From: Phallusia mammillata
Lineage: Eukaryota
NCBI GenBank assembly: GCA_965637545.1
Contig: OZ281494.1
Coordinates: 17,546,001 to 17,610,000 of the forward strand
Length of the DNA: 64,000 nucleotides
Direction: 5' to 3'
The translations under genes and the position numbers were made by a program. Positions 59,081 through 64,000 of the stretch are shown in pieces; the first letter of the stretch is position 1; each line of letters starts with the position of its first letter. The notes below the pieces were generated by a model. It did not search any database. It worked only from the letters and a program-made list of their open reading frames with translations, and was not told where the DNA came from.

Positions 59081-60064
59081 CAGGGGTTCTTAAACTTTTT
59101 GGGCCGTGCCCCACTTGACACTATTTATTTATTCTCACGCCCCCCTAAAAAGGGTTAGCACTGATGATGCTTGTCTTGTTTTTTGAAAACAACATACATG
59201 GTAGGTCCGCCTTAAGCTACTGTCAAGTTAGTTCCAATCGTTAGAAAAAGCCACTTCAACACTGATAAGTTGCGAAAAAAAGTTTTTTTTTGCGCGCGCA
59301 CAGAGCCACGTTGCCAGTATTTTTGTAAACTACGCATATGTTGCCCAAAAAATGTTGATGCACTAAAAGTCAAGGCAATCTCTAATGCGAAATTGCGAAC
59401 AAATAAAGAATGTGCAGCCGACTATATAGTACAGGGGTCACCAAACTACGGCCCGCGATCCCATTTTTTAAGTTTGCCAAAACGTATTGATAACTTTGTT
59501 ACTGTCAAAAATTAATCTAATCCTTACGAAAGTTTACTGTTACGACATGTAAAATTAATATTACCGACTTTCATAGGATTGCAACGCCCAGGATTGATCC
59601 AAAGTCAGTTTATTACGTCACAGACTAAACAAAAAGTGTTAATTGTGCGCAAACAATTGCCTTATTGTATTACTTGTGACGTAATATACAAACATTCCTT
59701 GTAAGAAGAGACTAACTATACAATTTAACAGATTTTAAATAGGCTTTTTAGAAAGACCATATATCTTTGCGCCCCTATAAAATTCGCCTCGTGGGCTAAG
59801 CTTGAGAAGACGGCACGTAAACTATGCGGCACGCGCGAATTAGTATTAACGTATCCGGCCCGCAGTGTAGAAAAATTTGGTTAGTACAACTGCAGGGACA
59901 TCCATTTCAGAGTAATGAAGCGTTTACTAAACAATAACTTCGAAATCAGTGCCGACATAATTCCAATGCATTCTTTTACAATTGTTTGCAAGTGAAAAAT
60001 TTGCAGCCAGATTGTGCTGCGCCCCCTTGCGAACCCTTCACGCCCCCCAGTTTAAGAACCCCTG
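59081..60064. mobile_element. hAT-type MITE with a probable nested Charlie-like MITE (~59432-59892)
   Basis: TIR CAGGGGTTCTTAAACT / AGTTTAAGAACCCCTG; perfect TSD AGTTAGAG. Confidence 0.88.
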
Positions 60065-61504
60065 AGTTAGAGGCATTATTTCTGACTTATAGGCTACAGT
60101 TCAAGAGTAGGTATTTCGCACTGTAGCCTAGCCCAAAGTCTATATAAAACACTGTATGTTTTATACATAGGCTACTTTGGCCTCGCCTACTGCCAGCAAA
60201 TGGTTAAAAATGAATAGGCAAAATTATCTATTACGTCACACGTTTTTATTAAACACTGAACAATATAAATTTCCAAGTACGTTTCCTTTAATTAGATTTT
60301 CTTTTAAACCAAATTTTTTCAACCAAATTAAAGATTCGTTCCCACAATGAATCCGAATAATCACGAGACTTTGTAACGTTACTTTGTTCCAAAAACTTTA
60401 TCGATTAATACGATTTAGCCTAACCGTTTTCTGTTTTTTCCGTTTACCCGACATAATTTAAATTCATCATTCCCTTTCAACTTATCCGGATTAATTTCAA
60501 TTTTTTATCCGGCATAAATTAGAACAAAGACGTCTTTCTGACACTATGCACACTTTTTTGAAAAACTTGGTGCTCTAACTGGTATCATTTTGCAATTTAT
60601 GCAACCTCGAATAGTTGTATGGAATGCAAAGGTAGGCTATATTCTCTTCCGACCACTTTGAAAGAACTCACTTTAAAAAGTAAGTTAATATTAAGCATCT
60701 TTTAAAAGTAGGCCTACTAGTTAGCCTAGGCCTATATTTAAAACTATGCAAAACAACACACTGGGCATGGTTGTAGCCTACTCGTAAATATACTAGTGCA
60801 GGGGTTCTTAACTAGGGGTGCGAGAACTGTTCCTAGGGGGTGCGGATGCTGAATCATTAAGGTTGGTTAGGTCTATTCTTTATAAATATAAAAACTATAG
60901 GGTGTGAAAATTGGTGGGTGATTTGAAAGGGGTGCAGCAAGGAAAAAAAGACTAGGAACCATGGGGTACTGTAGCCTACTATAGTGGGCATACTGAAACA
61001 TACTGAAAGTTTAGTGGCTGCTGGCCTCATCTCTATTGTTAAAAGAGATCAGTGGGCTGACCTTAAAAACGTGATATTTTGCTGACCGGGCGGAAACTCG
61101 GGACAGAGCCGTCCAACCGGGACTGTCCCCCCTAAACCGGGACGAATGGCAAATGCCAAGTTCAGCTAATCAGAATAAAACAAATCCCCTTTTGTCCTTT
61201 GAACGATAGGTTTAATTGGACCTTAGCTGTGTGCTTTAGTTTCAATCATTTTTAATTTTGTCGTTACCACATTTTTACGTCAATAGTAGAAGCAGAAACA
61301 GCCGACAAGCCACAGTTCCGTTTATTTGACGGAGCAAAAATGATTGCAAACAGCACATTCCCCCTATGCATTGAAGCGTGAAGATATTGGTTTTGGTGTG
61401 CACTGTGCACATAACCGCACAAGTATCTGCACTTACTTGGACTATATCTTGACTTACTACGTTAAGTTTAAAAGCCTTTTATTGGCGCAATTTAAAAAAG
61501 AAAC

Positions 61505-62927
61505 ATGGTTACAACACTTTTTGTTGATCTGATGTCACAGCCATGTCGCGCCCTGGCGATATTTGTTAAAATGAATGCAATGCCTTGCAATATACAGACT
61601 GTAGCATTAAGAAAAGGTAATAAATCAAAATGATATTTATTTAAGTATGAATATAGTGTTGTTGCCAGGCATATTTTGCAAACTGGCCTTTTGCTCATTT
61701 CATAAATTGTGTATGTGTTCATATCTTTACTGTTTTGAAAAAGATTTACCTTAAGATGAAATTAACACTAACATATCTGCAGGTGAAAATAAAACACCAG
61801 AGTTTCTAAGCATGAATCCTCTTGGAAAGGTGCCTGTGTTAAAAGATGAGGAATTATGTTTGACAGAAAGGTTGTCAATTATGGTTTTTATCAATTGTAT
61901 GTGATTTTATTGAGATTTTTCATAAGCTTAATAATGCCACAAAATTAATATTTTATGTAGTTGTATGCATTTTAACTTTCATTAAAATTTTAATAGTTTC
62001 AAGTTTAAATGTGATTTAATAAAACACTTTTAACTATTTAGCATTGCAATCTTGCGATATCTTGACACAAAATATGGATCATCTTGCTTGTATCCAAAAA
62101 GTATAAGGGCAAGAGCTAAGGTTGATGAGTTCTTAGAATGGCAGCACACAAACACAAGGTGTGTCTTTGCACATTTTTTTAATATGCAAGTTTTTACTTT
62201 TTTTTTCATTTTTTTTAATATGCAAGTTTTTTTCCGTTTTTACAGGATGTTTGCTGCAAAAGTATTTCTTGGCGAAGTGTTGTTTCCTGGTGCCATAAAT
62301 ATTGAACAAGCTGTCAATGACATGAATGCAATGTTAGATTCTGTGGAGTCAATGTTTCTAAAGGACAAAAACTTTATCGCTGGTAAATATTTTTTGTTGA
62401 ACAAAACACTAACAAAATGCACTCATATCAGACCCTTATATGCTGCAGAAGCACTTAACTAAATTATTGCTAGTTGTACTGCGGAGTTAATATCATTCAG
62501 CTGGGTTGATTTGTCAATACAGACAGTTTGTTGCCCTTCTTTTTTTCTGCAAAACTTGCAAAAATTTTCCAAAGTACTTTATGTAAATCCATAATACTAC
62601 AATTACATGTTAAATTGGGACTTAAACTGTTTCATTCTTGTTATTAGGTAAATAAGGTAAAAACAAAGCAGCTGGATTGTTTCGGTTAGGCCATGTTTTT
62701 GTGAATACATTTTATAAAATTTTTCAGGTGAAACTGTAAGTGTAGCGGACCACTTTGCAGTTTGTGAGTTACTTCAAACCACAATCAGCGGCAGAGACTT
62801 ATTTAAAGACCGACCAAAGTTGCAAAGCTGGCTTGATCGAGTAAGGAAAGACAGTAACCCACATTTTGATGATGTACATTCCGTACTGTACTCTGTTAGA
62901 AGAAGATATATAAAAAACAAACTTTAA
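61505..62927 (+). CDS. GSTT: Glutathione S-transferase, theta class (217 aa)
   Basis: Exons 61505-61616, 61783-61870, 62042-62158, 62246-62382, 62728-62927 (654 nt). Motifs DLMSQPCRA, NPLGKVPVL, LTESIAILRYL, RAKVDEFLEWQH, SVADHFAVCEL. Confidence 0.92.
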
Positions 62928-64000
62928 TAAAGTTGTGTTAATTATTTTCCAATAGTGTCCTTGTTTAATTAACTATGCAATTTTTAATCACAAAATTACA
63001 ATGGACCAGAGGCAAAAAATCGACACTGCTTTATGTTTATTTTTCAAACGTTTCCGCAAATGCTCATCATCATCTGTGAAGGTGAAATGAAGGGCTATGT
63101 CAGTGCAATTTTATAAAAAATTTATTTGTTTGAAATTTGTTCCTTTTTCTTGAATAAAAACATGGGACAAAATTCAACGACCTGCGGATTAACCAGTTGA
63201 TGGCTATGAACGCAATAATATATGATCTGTCATCTTAATTTTTTTTCTTCTTTAAAGCAGCGTACAATAAAAGTTAATTTTGCGTATTTTAGAGTTGCTC
63301 CTAGAAAAGAGTTGGGTTTTACAAGCGTTTTGCCGTTTACCTGGCGGCCAAGCGCTGGATTTACTTCACATTATCGCAAAAAGATTTCACCATGAGACGG
63401 CACAGCTGTTGTTTGGGAACTTTTGCTGAGTCATTGTTATACAAGCAAAAATTGTTGTTTGACCAAGAAGTGTGCACTGTGCAGCAGTGAGCACATGTGA
63501 TACACTTGAATTTGCCGAGGTGTTATATTTTTTCACCACATTTGCGTAATCATAAAGGGAGTCAGGCTCATTTGTTTTAATATGTACTGATAAAAAGTAC
63601 TATAAAATGATCTTAGGAACAAAAACAGACCTATTTTTGATTTGTTTTCACTATTTAGCGGTTTGGATATAACGACCATGGTCGTGCAAACCAAACCGGA
63701 TAATAATTGTTTTGCACAAACGTTACGGTTATAATATCATGTTCTGAAATATTATTGTCTGAATTTTTCCGTTACTAATGCATTACAATTTTTAACTATT
63801 GGTGCATTTTGCCGCCAGCTACATTGTTTTTATTAGATGTGTAATTTTTTTTTGGTCCACATGTTTTAGGATAAATACTAAAAAGACATGTATCGTGTTA
63901 CCGTGGAACCGATACTGTTTTTTGGAATGCTTAGTGTTGTAATGTATTCAGTCATATCCCAAGAATATGTATATAATTCCTTGGCAAATTCTTATGGACT

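Noticed and set aside
62990-63420. Possible terminal exons of a minus-strand gene (DDEHLRKRLKNKHKAVSIFCLWSIVIL*)
   Set aside because: The upstream candidate exon has stops in all three frames, so no consistent model could be built.

Overview
AT-rich animal genomic DNA with spliceosomal GT-AG introns and dense transposon content. It is most likely a tunicate (ascidian), inferred from an intron-containing GH6 cellulase-family gene; I did not determine the species. Host genes: a possible orphan 4-exon gene (-), a GPI-type Ly6/uPAR three-finger gene, three intronless COMT-like O-methyltransferases (one a pseudogene broken by a hAT MITE and a 5-bp footprint), a 4-exon membrane-anchored GH6 gene and a 5-exon theta-class GST. 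The most interesting feature is a tandem array (7.1-21.3 kb) of five leaderless paralogues with single coding exons. Each has a variable N-terminal piece and a ~125-aa three-fold-repeat domain resembling an FGF/IL-1-type beta-trefoil. The array shows birth-and-death, a mosaic/hypervariable C-terminal half and a shared upstream motif. Mobile DNA: an intact, very recent BEL/Pao LTR retrotransposon (1954-aa ORF, 900-bp LTRs, no canonical PBS but a hairpin array) nested in a P-like TIR element nested in a hAT MITE; a decayed MULE; a 5'-truncated CR1/L2-group LINE; and many MITEs with 8- or 9-bp TSDs. All alignments and counts were made by eye; no database searches were run.
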